A DNA stretch of 33,503 nt from Giesbergeria sp. (GCA_052172715.1 JBQMQB010000001.1:1-33503); one strand, 5' to 3'; shown: positions 18,542 to 30,173, numbered from the stretch's first letter. Numbers and translations: made by a program. Notes: generated by a model not told the origin, from the sequence alone.

Positions 18542-18949
18542 CTAATCGCGCGTGAGTCGCTTCGGGCGTCTGCGGCGCCGGTCGATGAACCAGGCCAGAA
18601 ACGGCAGCAGCACCAGTGAGCCTGGAATGACCCAGATGACAAGGTAGGGGCTTACGGAAGACGCCGAGCGCATCACATCGCGCAGGTGAGCGCGCTCTGT
18701 AGCGGTCCATTCACCCTGCCTGCGCTGACGGATCAGCCAGACCACTGAGCCCCTCATGGTGGCGATTTCGGTGCGAAAACGGGTCTTTTCGCGCGTACTT
18801 CCTGCAAGAAAGGAGCAAAACCAGTCAGGTGCCCGCTCCATGCGACGTTGGAAAGCACTGGTGGAGTTGGGGTCGAAGGGCGCGTCGGGCGCCTGTATGT
18901 CGATCCCGCCCAGAGGGCCCTGCGGGTCGGGCGAGGGGGACGGATGCAT
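18542..18949 (-). CDS. Hypothetical membrane-associated protein
   Basis: GEWT..ER..L....SPYL....IPGSLVLLPFLAWFIDRRRRR hydrophobic segment with basic tail; start uncertain. Confidence 0.7.
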   Translation of the reverse strand: MHPSPSPDPQGPLGGIDIQAPDAPFDPNSTSAFQRRMERAPDWFCSFLAGSTREKTRFRTEIATMRGSVVWLIRQRRQGEWTATERAHLRDVMRSASSVSPYLVIWVIPGSLVLLPFLAWFIDRRRRRPKRLTRD

Positions 18950-18974
18950 GTGAGGGGCCCGCCGCAATGCGGCT

Positions 18975-19385
18975 CTAGCGGTGCAGTTCGCCGGCGCGCT
19001 CCGGCTGGTACACCACTTCGGCGACGCGCACTGTCATGCTGCCGCCGCCGGGAACCGGCCAGGCCAGTTCATCGCCCACGGACAGGCCGAGCAGCGCGCT
19101 GCCGACCGGCGCAAAGATCGAGATGGCGTTGGGTGTGCTGCCGGCATCACGGGGGTAGACCAGCGTGAGGCGGAAATCCTTGCCCGTTTCCTGAATCGAG
19201 AACATCACCGTGGAGTTCATGGTGACGACCTGCGGCGACATGTCCTTGGGCTCCATGATGTCGGCACGGTCTAGTTCCGCCTGCAGTTGGCTGCGGCCTG
19301 GGAAACTCGCGCCCGCAGGCCCACTTAGCAGGGATTCCAGGCGCTCGAGGTCCAGGGAAGAGACAGCAATGGGCGGTTTGGGCAT
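18975..19385 (-). CDS. rnk: Regulator of nucleoside diphosphate kinase (GreA/GreB-like C-terminal domain)
   Basis: KPPIAVSSLDLERL, ELDRA, VVTMNS, LTLVYP, SIFAPVGSALLGL, VVYQPERAGE. Confidence 0.93.
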   Translation of the reverse strand: MPKPPIAVSSLDLERLESLLSGPAGASFPGRSQLQAELDRADIMEPKDMSPQVVTMNSTVMFSIQETGKDFRLTLVYPRDAGSTPNAISIFAPVGSALLGLSVGDELAWPVPGGGSMTVRVAEVVYQPERAGELHR

Positions 19386-19605
19386 GGTGGGCGGCAACGG
19401 TCGGACAAAAGGCCAGTGTAGCCGCGTGGCGAAATCGCACTGTCCCGTGGTGCCATTGGTGGAGTGCACGCGGGTAGATGGCTGCGCCGTGTCAACGCAG
19501 TCGCCTGTGGAATACTTATAGGGGGTAATCTCCGTATAGGGGTCTCTATTTATGGGGTTAACCCCAATGCGAAGACCCAGCCGCTTTTTCTGCCTTCTGC
19601 ACTGC

Positions 19606-20733
19606 ATGCCCCAAACCTCCACCCGCAGCCCATGGATCGACGCCACCAAGGGTGTTGCCTGCCTCGCCATCGTGCTGCACCATCTCTCGGTGTACGGACC
19701 ACTGTCCGAAAGTGTCCAGCCCTACGCACCAGCGCTTTTGGCCTGGCTTTATGACTATGCGCGCATGGCGGTGCAGGTCTTTTTGGTGGTAGGAGGCTAT
19801 CTGGCTGCAGCCAGCTTGGCGCCTGAGGGTCGGGCACGTTTTGCTGGCGTGGCGCCGCAGGTCGCGCGCCGTTTTGTACGCTTGGCGGTACCGTACGCGG
19901 CGGCTCTGCTGGTTGCAGTTGCGACAGCGGCGCTGGTGCGGCCTTGGCTGGACGACCCTAGCGTGCCAGCCAGCCCGCAGCTCCCCCAGCTGCTGGCCAA
20001 TGCGCTGATGTTGCAGGACCTGCTCGGGCAGCCTGCCTTGTCGGCTGGCGTGTGGTACGTGGCCATTGATTTCCAGCTCTACGCGCTGGCGGTGCTGCTG
20101 CTGGCACTGGCGCGGCGCCTGTCTGGCGGCGTGGCGGAGCAGGCGGTATGGGTGGGCAAGGCCCTGATCGTGGCGCTGTGCGCGGCGTCGCTGCTGGTGT
20201 TTAACCGATTTGAGGCGCTGGACGCTTGGGGTATCTACTTCTTTGGCGCTTATGGTTTGGGCATGACGACCTTCTGGGCGGTACGCAGCCCACACCGTGG
20301 GCGCTGGTTGCTGGCGCTGGCTTTGCTGGGCGCTGCTGCGCTGGCATTAGAGTTTCGCCCGCGCATCGTGCTTGCCGTGGCCACCGGCGCTTGGCTGGCC
20401 TGGCTGGCCCTGCGCCCGCAGGTTGGTGACAGCGCACTGGCCAAGGCCGTCGCTGCGCCCTTGGCATGGGTAGGCCAGCGCTCGTATTCGGTGTTCCTGG
20501 TGCATTTCTCGGTGTGCCTGGTGGCCAATGCCGTGTTTGCGTATTTCTGGCCCGCCGATCCGCTGGCGCACGCGGTGGGCCTGGTGGTGGCCTTTGCTGC
20601 GTCCATAGCGGCTGGCTGGCTGCTGTACGACCGAGTGGAGCGCCACGGGGCGACTGCCTGGGAGGCGCTGCGCTGGGAGGCTCGGCTGCTCGGCGGCAGC
20701 CTGTTGGTGACGCTCGCCAACAGCGGCCTTTAG
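19606..20733 (+). CDS. Acyltransferase-3 (OafA-like) membrane protein
   Basis: IDATKG.A...IVLHH, AVQVFLVVGGYL, WYVAIDFQLY, GQRSYSVFLVH; multiple TM segments. Confidence 0.88.
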   Translation: MPQTSTRSPWIDATKGVACLAIVLHHLSVYGPLSESVQPYAPALLAWLYDYARMAVQVFLVVGGYLAAASLAPEGRARFAGVAPQVARRFVRLAVPYAAALLVAVATAALVRPWLDDPSVPASPQLPQLLANALMLQDLLGQPALSAGVWYVAIDFQLYALAVLLLALARRLSGGVAEQAVWVGKALIVALCAASLLVFNRFEALDAWGIYFFGAYGLGMTTFWAVRSPHRGRWLLALALLGAAALALEFRPRIVLAVATGAWLAWLALRPQVGDSALAKAVAAPLAWVGQRSYSVFLVHFSVCLVANAVFAYFWPADPLAHAVGLVVAFAASIAAGWLLYDRVERHGATAWEALRWEARLLGGSLLVTLANSGL

Positions 20734-20743
20734 TCGCCGCCCC

Positions 20744-22453
20744 TCAAGACGCCTGTCGGCAGGCGCGGAACAGGTCGCGCTCGCTCTGGTAGGCCGAGGT
20801 TTGTACGTCCATTAGGCCGAGCACCGAGTGGAAATAATCGTCCTGGGTGATGCGCCGCTTGGCCTGATCGCGCCGCAGGCAGTCGGTGCTCACGCCGGTG
20901 CGCGACTGCATGGCGGGTGAGAGCCAGGTGATCCAAGGGACGTGCTTTTGCACGTCTGGCGCGATAGCGTACGGCAGACCATGCAGGTACAGGTTGTTTT
21001 CGCCCAGCGATTCGCCATGGTCGGCCACGTAGACCATGGCGGTATCGGCATCGGGCTGCTTGCGCTCTAGCCACTGCAGGGTGGCGCTGAGCATGGCGTC
21101 GGTCTGCACAATGCTGTTGTCGTAAGCATTGACGACTTCCGCCTGGCTGCATTCTTGCAAGGCATTGCTGAGGCATTCGGGCTTGAATTTCTTGAGTGCT
21201 GGCAACGAGCGGCGCGCGTAGGCGGGGCCGTGGCTGCCCATCTGGTGCAGCACCAACACCGTGCCGCGTGCGCGTTGGTCGGCAGGCAAGGCGGCGAGGC
21301 GCTCGTCCAGGCCCTCTAACAAGATCGGGTCCAGGCATTCGCCGCCGGTGCACAGCGCGGGGTCTTTTAAAGCCGTGGTGCTCGCTGAAGGCACCCGGTC
21401 GCAAATGCCTTTGCAGCCTGACTGGTTGTCCAGCCAGAGCACAGCCAAGCCCGCATGCTGCAACACATCGAGCAGGTTTTCGTAGTTGTGTTTGCGCCCC
21501 TCAAAACCGCTCTTGCCTAGGTGGGAGAACATGCAAGGCAGGGCGGTCGCGGTACTGGTGCCGCAGGACCACGCGTCTGGCGCGCTCACCAGATCGCTGC
21601 GTGCCGAGAGCTGCGGCGTGGTGTCGCGCGCATAGCCATTGAGGCCGAAATTGCCGCTGCGGCCAGTTTCGCCCACCACCAGCACCAGCAGCGCTGGCTT
21701 GCGCTGGCTCGCATAGCTCGCGCCCAGCGCAGCGTCGCGTCCAAGCGGCAGCAAAGTGTGCGTGTCCATGCGCAGGGGCCGGGTGGCAATATTGCCGAGC
21801 GCGTACACGGTGTTGAGTGGGTTGATCAGGTAGCGCAACTGGGGCTGGTTGCGCATGGTCGAGGAAAACTCCTGGAACACCAGCAGCACGCTGGCCACCA
21901 CCAGACCCACACAGACCACCAGCAAGACGGTGTTGCGTCCGAGTTGCCGCAGCGCCGTGGTGCGCTCAAGCGGCCTGCGCCAAAGCCACCACAGCGCAGG
22001 CGCCGAAAGTACTGTCACCATTGCGGCCATGCGCCAGGAGAGGAGGTCGCCGGCTTCGCGGACATCGGTTTGGAGGACGTTGGTCAGCATGCTTGCGTCG
22101 ATGGCAATGCCGTAGCTGAGCATGAAGTAGGCGCCAAACGCGGCGCACAGGATCAGCAGCGTGGCGATGGGCTTGAGTGTCCAACGCCAGGCAAACAAGG
22201 CGAGCAGGGCTGCGTTGCCTGCGGTGAGTAAAAGCCCGAAAACCAGATAAAAAGGCCAGCCGTGCACGGTGGCGCCGGGCGTGCCGGTGTCGGCCAGGGC
22301 GCGCCACAAGGGCCAGTTGCAAACCACTGCCAACCAAGCTGCCAGCGGCAGGACGATGGACGCTGGGTGGCTCCCAGGTTGATGGGTTGTATCTGCCGGA
22401 GCAAGGCTCCGCGCAGGGGGAAGCTGCGCAGCCGTGCGCGATGAAGAGTGCAT
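20744..22453 (-). CDS. eptA: Lipid A phosphoethanolamine transferase
   Basis: N-terminal TM domain, VVGETGR, SCGTSTA (catalytic Thr), HQMGSHGPAY, YDNSI, DHGESLGE, YLHG. Confidence 0.92.
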   Translation of the reverse strand: MHSSSRTAAQLPPARSLAPADTTHQPGSHPASIVLPLAAWLAVVCNWPLWRALADTGTPGATVHGWPFYLVFGLLLTAGNAALLALFAWRWTLKPIATLLILCAAFGAYFMLSYGIAIDASMLTNVLQTDVREAGDLLSWRMAAMVTVLSAPALWWLWRRPLERTTALRQLGRNTVLLVVCVGLVVASVLLVFQEFSSTMRNQPQLRYLINPLNTVYALGNIATRPLRMDTHTLLPLGRDAALGASYASQRKPALLVLVVGETGRSGNFGLNGYARDTTPQLSARSDLVSAPDAWSCGTSTATALPCMFSHLGKSGFEGRKHNYENLLDVLQHAGLAVLWLDNQSGCKGICDRVPSASTTALKDPALCTGGECLDPILLEGLDERLAALPADQRARGTVLVLHQMGSHGPAYARRSLPALKKFKPECLSNALQECSQAEVVNAYDNSIVQTDAMLSATLQWLERKQPDADTAMVYVADHGESLGENNLYLHGLPYAIAPDVQKHVPWITWLSPAMQSRTGVSTDCLRRDQAKRRITQDDYFHSVLGLMDVQTSAYQSERDLFRACRQAS

Positions 22454-22476
22454 TGTGAATAGGTTCGCCTACGCTG

Positions 22477-22493
22477 CTTAACAGCAACTTAAT
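22477..22493. promoter_or_regulatory. PmrA/BasR/QseB-type direct-repeat box upstream of eptA
   Basis: CTTAAC-AGCAA-CTTAAT fits the YTTAAK-N5-YTTAAK pattern with one mismatch. Confidence 0.7.
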
Positions 22494-22509
22494 GCGACTC
22501 GGTGAGGGT

Positions 22510-23376
22510 TCAGCGTGCCATTGCCAGTTGCTTTGCGTGGTGCTGCAGGTGGTCTGCGACAAAGCTCTGCACGAAATAGTACCCGTGATCGTAGTCGGCA
22601 TGGCGCCGCAGGGTGAGTGGTTGCTCCGCCTGCGCGCAAGCGGATTCGAATAGCTGCGGGTGCAACTGTTCGGCCAAGAATTTGTCGTTCAGTCCCTGAT
22701 CGATCAGGATGCCACCGGGAAACGGTGCCTGCTCGCAGGCCTGCATCAGGCTGGTGGCGTCGTGGGCCGCCCATGTGGAGCGGTCGGTCCCCAAATAGCC
22801 AGCGAACGCCTTTTCACCCCAGGGGCACTGGCTGGGCGCGCAAATGGGCGCCAGTGCCGAGACGGAGCGAAACAGTTCGGGGTGGCGCAGCGCCAGTGTC
22901 AGCGCGCCGTGGCCGCCCATGGAATGCCCAAAAATACCCAGCTTTGTGGTGTCGATTGGCAGGTGGGCGGCAAGCAGAGCTGGCAGTTCGCCGACCACGT
23001 AGCTTTCCATTTGCCAATGGGGAGCCCAAAGTGGCTCTGTGGCATCAAGGTAAAAGCCGGCTCCCACGCCAAAATCCCAGGAATCGGACTCGCCTGCCAC
23101 ACCGGCGCCCCGTGGGCTGGTGTCCGGTGTGATGAGGGCCAGGCCGAGTTCTGCTGCATGTCGCTGCGCCCCTGCCTTGGTAGGAAAAGTCTCTTCGTTG
23201 CAGGTCAGGCCGGCCAGGTAGAACACGGCAGGCACGGGGCCTGTCTGTGCCTGCGGCGGCAGGTACACCGCGAACTGCATAGGCAGGCCGATGGCGGAAG
23301 ATTCGTGCCGGTAGAAGCGTTGTACGCCGTCAAAGCAGGCGTGGGCATTGAGCAGTTCCAAGGGTGTATCGGACAT
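22510..23376 (-). CDS. fghA: S-formylglutathione hydrolase
   Basis: LAGLTCNEE, PDTSPRG, GAGFYLDAT, GHSMGG nucleophile elbow, YDHGYYF. Confidence 0.96.
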   Translation of the reverse strand: MSDTPLELLNAHACFDGVQRFYRHESSAIGLPMQFAVYLPPQAQTGPVPAVFYLAGLTCNEETFPTKAGAQRHAAELGLALITPDTSPRGAGVAGESDSWDFGVGAGFYLDATEPLWAPHWQMESYVVGELPALLAAHLPIDTTKLGIFGHSMGGHGALTLALRHPELFRSVSALAPICAPSQCPWGEKAFAGYLGTDRSTWAAHDATSLMQACEQAPFPGGILIDQGLNDKFLAEQLHPQLFESACAQAEQPLTLRRHADYDHGYYFVQSFVADHLQHHAKQLAMAR

Positions 23377-23379
23377 GAG

Positions 23380-24689
<1,310 letters not shown>

Positions 24690-24864
24690 TCAGGTGATGG
24701 CCAGTGGGTGCCTGCTTTGGTCGGATAGGTACGGACAATAAATTTACGGCCATGTGCATCGCTCGTCTGCTTTCCGGTGCCGGCCTTCGGTTTCGCCTGC
24801 GCAGACCGCACGATGCCCTATTTTTAATCGACTTGCATGGGTCACCACTCCGGCGGTACCTGTA

Positions 24865-24966
24865 GGCCTGGGGTCGGAGCAGGCGCTGCGGCATTTGTTT
24901 GTGCGGCGGTTGGGCGTTGCGCCACAGGCCTACCGCGAGCGCTTTGGCGGCAAGGGGCGTGGATAG
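24865..24966 (+). pseudogene. Remnant of a GlxA/AraC-family transcriptional regulator (C-terminal HTH only)
   Basis: GLGSEQALRHLFVRRLGVAPQAYRERFG* matches the AraC C-terminal signature; no intact upstream coding sequence. Confidence 0.75.
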
Positions 24967-24986
24967 CCAAACGCCCATCAACGCAC

Positions 24987-25016
24987 AAAAAAACCCGCCG
25001 GAGTGCGGCGGGTTTT
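24987..25016. terminator. Bidirectional intrinsic terminator (gltA end and regulator remnant)
   Basis: AAAAAAACCCGCCG-GAGTG-CGGCGGGTTTT. Confidence 0.9.
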
Positions 25017-25057
25017 GAGGCGTTGCAGCGCTGGGGCTGTAGTCGGCCTTATTGGCC

Positions 25058-26362
25058 TTACTTGGCAGCGCCGATGTCGCGACGCACCGAACCCGTGTAC
25101 AGCTGGCGCGGACGGCCAATCTTGTATTCCGGATCGCTGATCATTTCATTCAGCTGGGCAATCCAGCCGACGGTGCGGGCCAGTGCGAAGACGCCGGTGA
25201 AAAGGTTCACCGGAATGCCGATGGCGCGCTGGACGATGCCGGAATAGAAGTCTACGTTCGGGTAGAGCTTGCGCGAAACGAAATAGTCGTCTTCCAGCGC
25301 GATCTTCTCGACTTCCTTGGCCAGCTTGAAGAGCGGGTCATTTTGCAGACCCAGTTCGGCAAGCACCTCGTTGCAGGTTTCCTGCATAAGCTTGGCGCGC
25401 GGGTCGTAGTTCTTGTAGACACGGTGGCCAAAACCCATCAGCTTGACGCCGGAGTTCTTGTCCTTGACCTTCTCCATGAACTCGCCCACCTTGCTGATGC
25501 CGCCCTGGCGCTGGATGTCTTCCAGCATGTTCAAGCAGGCTTCGTTGGCTCCGCCGTGCGCGGGACCCCACAGGCAGGCCACGCCAGCAGCGATGGCTGC
25601 AAACGGGTTCGTGCCCGACGAGCCGCACAGGCGCACCGTGGAGGTGGAAGCGTTCTGCTCGTGGTCGGCGTGCAAGATGAAGATTCGATCAAGCGCGCGT
25701 TCAAGCACCGGGTTCACCACGTAGTCTTCACAGGGTGTGCCAAACATCATGCGCAGGAAATTACCGGCGTACGAGAGGTCGTTGCGCGGGTACATGTAAG
25801 GCTGACCCACCCCGTATTTGTAGGCCATGGCGACCAGAGTGGGCATCTTTGAAATCAGGCGAATGGCGGCGATGTCGCGGTGCTGCGGATTGTTGATGTC
25901 CGTGCTGTCGTGGTAGAACGCCGAGAGGGCGCCGATCAGGCCCGTGAGCACCGCCATGGGGTGCGCATCGCGGCGGAAGCCACGCAAGAAGAACTGCATT
26001 TGCTCGTTCACCATGGTGTGGTTGATGACGAGCTTGTGGAAGTCGCCGCGCTCAGTCTGACTGGGCAGATCGCCCTTGAGCAGCAGGTAGCAGGTGTCGA
26101 GGTAGTCGCACTGCGTGGCAATCTGTTCAATAGGGTAGCCGCGGTACAGCAGCTCGCCCTTGTCGCCATCAATGTAGGTGATGGCCGACTGGCAGGCGGC
26201 GGTCGACAGAAACCCAGGGTCGTAGGTGAACATGCCCGTTTGTGCGTACAGCTTGCGGATGTCGATGACGTCCGGGCCAATGCTGCCTTGGTACACGGGC
26301 AGTTCCATGCTCGGACTGCCGTTGCTGAAGTTCAGGGTGGCCTTGTTGTCGGCGAGCTTCAT
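25058..26362 (-). CDS. gltA: Type II citrate synthase
   Basis: [49 protein letters not shown]. Confidence 0.99.
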   Translation of the reverse strand: MKLADNKATLNFSNGSPSMELPVYQGSIGPDVIDIRKLYAQTGMFTYDPGFLSTAACQSAITYIDGDKGELLYRGYPIEQIATQCDYLDTCYLLLKGDLPSQTERGDFHKLVINHTMVNEQMQFFLRGFRRDAHPMAVLTGLIGALSAFYHDSTDINNPQHRDIAAIRLISKMPTLVAMAYKYGVGQPYMYPRNDLSYAGNFLRMMFGTPCEDYVVNPVLERALDRIFILHADHEQNASTSTVRLCGSSGTNPFAAIAAGVACLWGPAHGGANEACLNMLEDIQRQGGISKVGEFMEKVKDKNSGVKLMGFGHRVYKNYDPRAKLMQETCNEVLAELGLQNDPLFKLAKEVEKIALEDDYFVSRKLYPNVDFYSGIVQRAIGIPVNLFTGVFALARTVGWIAQLNEMISDPEYKIGRPRQLYTGSVRRDIGAAK

Positions 26363-26423
26363 GGGGTGGTTCCTTTAGGTAAGAGTGCCATTGAATGGGA
26401 GAAGATGCGGCGAATGCAGTTTT

Positions 26424-26726
26424 TCAAGCTGGGAGCGCACCGCTTTGCCGCAACATGGCCAACACTGTGTGCACAGCGGGCAGGTCCATGGAGCCTGTGG
26501 GCTCTTTGCGGCGCAGCAGCAGGTCCAGCAGGTCGTTGTCGGCCAGGTCCATCAGCGCTCCCATGCCTTCTGCATGAAAGACAGTGATTTCGCTCTCGTG
26601 GCGCAGGAAGAATTGCTCGATGAACAAATCGTTCTCGAGCAGGCCGCGCCGGCAGCGCCAGTGCAGCTTGCTCAGTGCCCTTGCGTCAAGCAAGGCAGAG
26701 GCGTCAGGGGTGGCGCTGGCGTGCAT
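26424..26726 (-). CDS. sdhE: SDH FAD assembly factor
   Basis: WRCRRGLLENDL (RGxxE motif); position after sdhB. Confidence 0.93.
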   Translation of the reverse strand: MHASATPDASALLDARALSKLHWRCRRGLLENDLFIEQFFLRHESEITVFHAEGMGALMDLADNDLLDLLLRRKEPTGSMDLPAVHTVLAMLRQSGALPA

Positions 26727-26737
26727 GCTGGGAATGC

Positions 26738-27442
26738 TCAGATGGCGCGGCGCACCATCAGCTCCTTGATCTTGCCGATGGCGCGCGTGGGGTTCAAACC
26801 CTTAGGGCACACATCGACGCAGTTCATGATGGAGTGGCAGCGGAACAAACGGTACGGGTCTTCCAAGTTGTCCAAACGCTCACCAGAGGCTTGGTCACGG
26901 CTGTCGGCCAGGAACCGGTAGGCTTGCAGCAGACCGGCGGGGCCAACGAACTTGTCGGGGTTCCACCAAAAACTCGGGCATGCCGTCGAGCAGCTGGCGC
27001 ACAAGATGCACTCGTACAAGCCATCGAGCTCTTCGCGCTGCTCGGGGGACTGCAGGCGCTCTTTTTCGGGTGGAATGTCGTCGTTGATCAGGTACGGTTT
27101 GATCGAGTGGTACTGCTTGAAGAACTGCGTCATATCGACGATGAGGTCGCGGATCACCGGCAGTCCCGGCAGCGGCTTGAGCACGATGGTGCCCTGGAGC
27201 GTGTTCATGTTCGTCAAACACGCCAGGCCGTTCTTGCCGTTGATGTTCATGGCATCCGAGCCGCAAACGCCTTCCCGGCAAGAGCGCCGGAACGACAGCG
27301 CTGGGTCTTGTTCCTTGAGTTTGATCAGGGCGTCCAGCAGCATGCGCTCGTGGCCGTCGAGTTCGATCTCGATGGTCTGCATGTACGGTTTTGTGTCCTT
27401 GTCCGGATCGTAGCGGTAGATTTGAAATGTGCGTTTTTGCAT
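26738..27442 (-). CDS. sdhB: Succinate dehydrogenase iron-sulfur subunit
   Basis: SCREGVCGSD, CILCASCSTACP, CHSIMNCVDVCP. Confidence 0.99.
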   Translation of the reverse strand: MQKRTFQIYRYDPDKDTKPYMQTIEIELDGHERMLLDALIKLKEQDPALSFRRSCREGVCGSDAMNINGKNGLACLTNMNTLQGTIVLKPLPGLPVIRDLIVDMTQFFKQYHSIKPYLINDDIPPEKERLQSPEQREELDGLYECILCASCSTACPSFWWNPDKFVGPAGLLQAYRFLADSRDQASGERLDNLEDPYRLFRCHSIMNCVDVCPKGLNPTRAIGKIKELMVRRAI

Positions 27443-27468
27443 GATTCTTCTCTCGTGGGGCTGCCGAT

Positions 27469-29274
27469 TCAGAATGTCCGGACTTTGGGTGGAATACTTT
27501 CCACCGTCAGCGGCTGCATGTTGACCGGCTTGTAGGTCAGGCTATTCGTGGCGCTGTGCCACAGGGTGTGCTTGAGCCAGTTTTCATCGTCACGGCCCAA
27601 TGGCGCGGTGGGGTGGTCGGCAGGGTGCTCGTAGTCGTACACCATGTGCGCGCCGCGGCATTCTGTGCGGGCAGCGGCTGACACCATGGTGGCCTGCGCC
27701 ACTTCGATCAGGTTGTCCACTTCCAGCGCCTCGATGCGCGCGGTGTTGAATACCTTGGATTTGTCTTTCAGCTCAATGCTGGACATGCGTTCGCGCAGCG
27801 CGGCGACCTTGACGACGCCTTCATCCATGCTGGCCTGCGTGCGGAACACGCCGGCGTGCTGCTGCATGGTGGCGCGAATGTCGCCCGCCAGTGCTTGCGA
27901 GTAGGTGCCGCCGGTGGAGCTTTCGAGCTGGTTGAGGCGCTCAAGCGTACGGTCGGCTGCATCTTTAGGCAGCGGCTTGTGTTGGGCATTGCGCGCATTG
28001 AACTCGACGATGTGGCGACCAGCGGCCTTGCCGAACACCAACAGATCGAGCAGCGAGTTGGTGCCCAGGCGGTTGGCGCCGTGGACGCTGACGGCCGAGC
28101 ATTCGCCCACTGCGTAGAGTCCGTTGACGACCGCGTTGGCTGTGCCGTCGTGCGTCACTACCTGGCCGTGGATGTTGGTCGGCACGCCGCCCATCTGGTA
28201 GTGAATGGTGGGCACCACAGGAATGGGCTCTTTGGTGATGTCTACATTGGCAAAGTTGATGCCGATTTCGTACACCGACGGCAAGCGCTTGTGGATGGTC
28301 TCCGAGCCCAAATGGTCGAGCTTGAGCAGCACGTAGTCTTTGTTCGGGCCGCAACCGCGGCCTTCTTTGATTTCCTGGTCCATGGAGCGGGAGACGAAGT
28401 CACGCGGCGCCAGGTCTTTCAGCGTGGGCGCGTAGCGCTCCATGAAGCGTTCGCCATTGCTGTTGAGCAAGATGGCGCCTTCGCCGCGGCAGCCTTCCGT
28501 GAGCAGCACGCCAGCACCTGCCACGCCGGTGGGGTGAAACTGCCAGAACTCCATGTCCTCCAGCGGGATGCCGGCACGCGCTGCCATACCTAGACCGTCG
28601 CCGGTGTTGATGAAAGCGTTGGTGGAGGCTGCAAAAATGCGTCCGGCACCCCCGGTGGCGAGCAGCACGGTCTTGGCTTCCAGGATGTACAGGTCGCCGG
28701 TTTCCATTTCCAGCGCAGTCACGCCGACCACATCGCCATCAGCGTCGCGAATCAGGTCGAGCGCCATCCATTCGACGAAGAAGTTCGTCTTGGCCTTGAC
28801 GTTCTGCTGGTACAGCGTGTGCAGCATGGCGTGGCCAGTGCGGTCGGCGGCGGCGCAGGCGCGCTGCACCGGCTTTTCGCCGTAGTTGGCGGTGTGACCA
28901 CCGAACGGGCGCTGGTAAATCGTGCCATCTGCGTTTCGGTCAAATGGCATGCCGAAATGTTCCAGCTCATACACCACGTTCGGGGCTTCGCGGCACATGA
29001 ATTCGACCGCATCCTGGTCGCTCAGCCAGTCGCCGCCCTTGATGGTGTCGTAGAAGTGGTAGTGCCAGTTGTCCTCGCTCATGTTGCCCAGCGAGGCGCT
29101 CACGCCGCCCTGTGCTGCGACGGTGTGCGAGCGGGTGGGAAACACTTTGGACAGCGAGGCCACGTTCAGGCCGGCGCGCGAGAGTTCGAGGGCGGCGCGC
29201 ATGCCGGAGCCGCCGGCGCCGATGATGACGACGTCGAATTTGCGCTTGGTGATATTGGCGTTGGTATAGCTCAT
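27469..29274 (-). CDS. sdhA: Succinate dehydrogenase flavoprotein subunit
   Basis: GAGGSG, RSHTVAAQGG (covalent FAD His), QFHPTG, HGANRLG. Confidence 0.99.
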   Translation of the reverse strand: MSYTNANITKRKFDVVIIGAGGSGMRAALELSRAGLNVASLSKVFPTRSHTVAAQGGVSASLGNMSEDNWHYHFYDTIKGGDWLSDQDAVEFMCREAPNVVYELEHFGMPFDRNADGTIYQRPFGGHTANYGEKPVQRACAAADRTGHAMLHTLYQQNVKAKTNFFVEWMALDLIRDADGDVVGVTALEMETGDLYILEAKTVLLATGGAGRIFAASTNAFINTGDGLGMAARAGIPLEDMEFWQFHPTGVAGAGVLLTEGCRGEGAILLNSNGERFMERYAPTLKDLAPRDFVSRSMDQEIKEGRGCGPNKDYVLLKLDHLGSETIHKRLPSVYEIGINFANVDITKEPIPVVPTIHYQMGGVPTNIHGQVVTHDGTANAVVNGLYAVGECSAVSVHGANRLGTNSLLDLLVFGKAAGRHIVEFNARNAQHKPLPKDAADRTLERLNQLESSTGGTYSQALAGDIRATMQQHAGVFRTQASMDEGVVKVAALRERMSSIELKDKSKVFNTARIEALEVDNLIEVAQATMVSAAARTECRGAHMVYDYEHPADHPTAPLGRDDENWLKHTLWHSATNSLTYKPVNMQPLTVESIPPKVRTF

Positions 29275-29310
29275 GGATTTAGCCTTTGATCGCAGAAACG
29301 AAGCGTGTGC

Positions 29311-29673
29311 TTAAAGGCGCCACAGGACCTGGATGCCCCAGCCTACGCAGCCCAGCAACCAGAAAATGGTGAAAATTTCAAGCACCAGACGCAGGCCTGC
29401 GGGCTTGATGTAATCCATCCAGATGTTGCGCATGCCGACCCAGGCGTGGTAGGCCAGCGCGAGGATGACGGTGAAGGTGACGAACTTCATCCACTGAGCA
29501 GCAAAGATGCCAGCCCAGAGGTCGTAGCCGATGGGGCCTTTTTTCAGCAGCACCTGGGCAATTAGGGCGATGGTGAAGAGCACCATCAGCACCGCAGTCA
29601 CGCGCTGGCTGAGCCAGTCGCGCATGCCATAGTGGGCACCGACGATGGTGCGCTTGTTTCCGTAGTCAGTCAT
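29311..29673 (-). CDS. sdhD: Succinate dehydrogenase membrane anchor subunit
   Basis: DWLSQRVTA, HAWVG...WMDY. Confidence 0.96.
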   Translation of the reverse strand: MTDYGNKRTIVGAHYGMRDWLSQRVTAVLMVLFTIALIAQVLLKKGPIGYDLWAGIFAAQWMKFVTFTVILALAYHAWVGMRNIWMDYIKPAGLRLVLEIFTIFWLLGCVGWGIQVLWRL

Positions 29674-29738
29674 GGTGGGTTCCGGTAGTTCTTGTGGTTG
29701 CCAAAAGCGCCGCGTGGCTCATGCCATGCGGGTTCGAA

Positions 29739-30173
29739 TCAGTACAGGCCGAACAGCTTGGCGCCGAGCAGCAGCGTCAGCACGATGGCCACGGTGATGA
29801 CAGTCAGGCCCGAGGCCTTGCCAAACTGGTTGTTCACTGCGTGGTGGTCGATGTCCATGATGACGTGTCGGATGCCGGCAAGCATATGGTGCAGATAGCC
29901 CCAGATGAGGCCCAGGCTGACGAGCTTGAGCAGCCAGCCCGGCACTATGCCAAGCCCAGAAGAAAATGCTGCAGTAAAGTGAGCAAATGACACTTCAGAA
30001 GAAATGGAGGTGTCGAAAAACCAGATGACGAGGGGCAGCAATAAGAACATCACCGCACCACTGGCGCGGTGCAGGATGGACGTCCATGCCGCAGCTGTCA
30101 TGCGGTAGGTCGTCAAATCCGTGAACGCGTTGATGTTGCGGAACTCGGGCCGTTTCTTGGCTATTTCGGTCAT
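29739..30173 (-). CDS. sdhC: Succinate dehydrogenase cytochrome b556 subunit
   Basis: RPEFRNI, SILHRASG, HHMLAGIRH..MD. Confidence 0.96.
   Translation of the reverse strand: MTEIAKKRPEFRNINAFTDLTTYRMTAAAWTSILHRASGAVMFLLLPLVIWFFDTSISSEVSFAHFTAAFSSGLGIVPGWLLKLVSLGLIWGYLHHMLAGIRHVIMDIDHHAVNNQFGKASGLTVITVAIVLTLLLGAKLFGLY

Noticed and set aside
20744-22453. eptA as a mobile mcr colistin resistance gene
   Set aside because: No IS or plasmid context, host-like codon usage and a native-looking regulatory box
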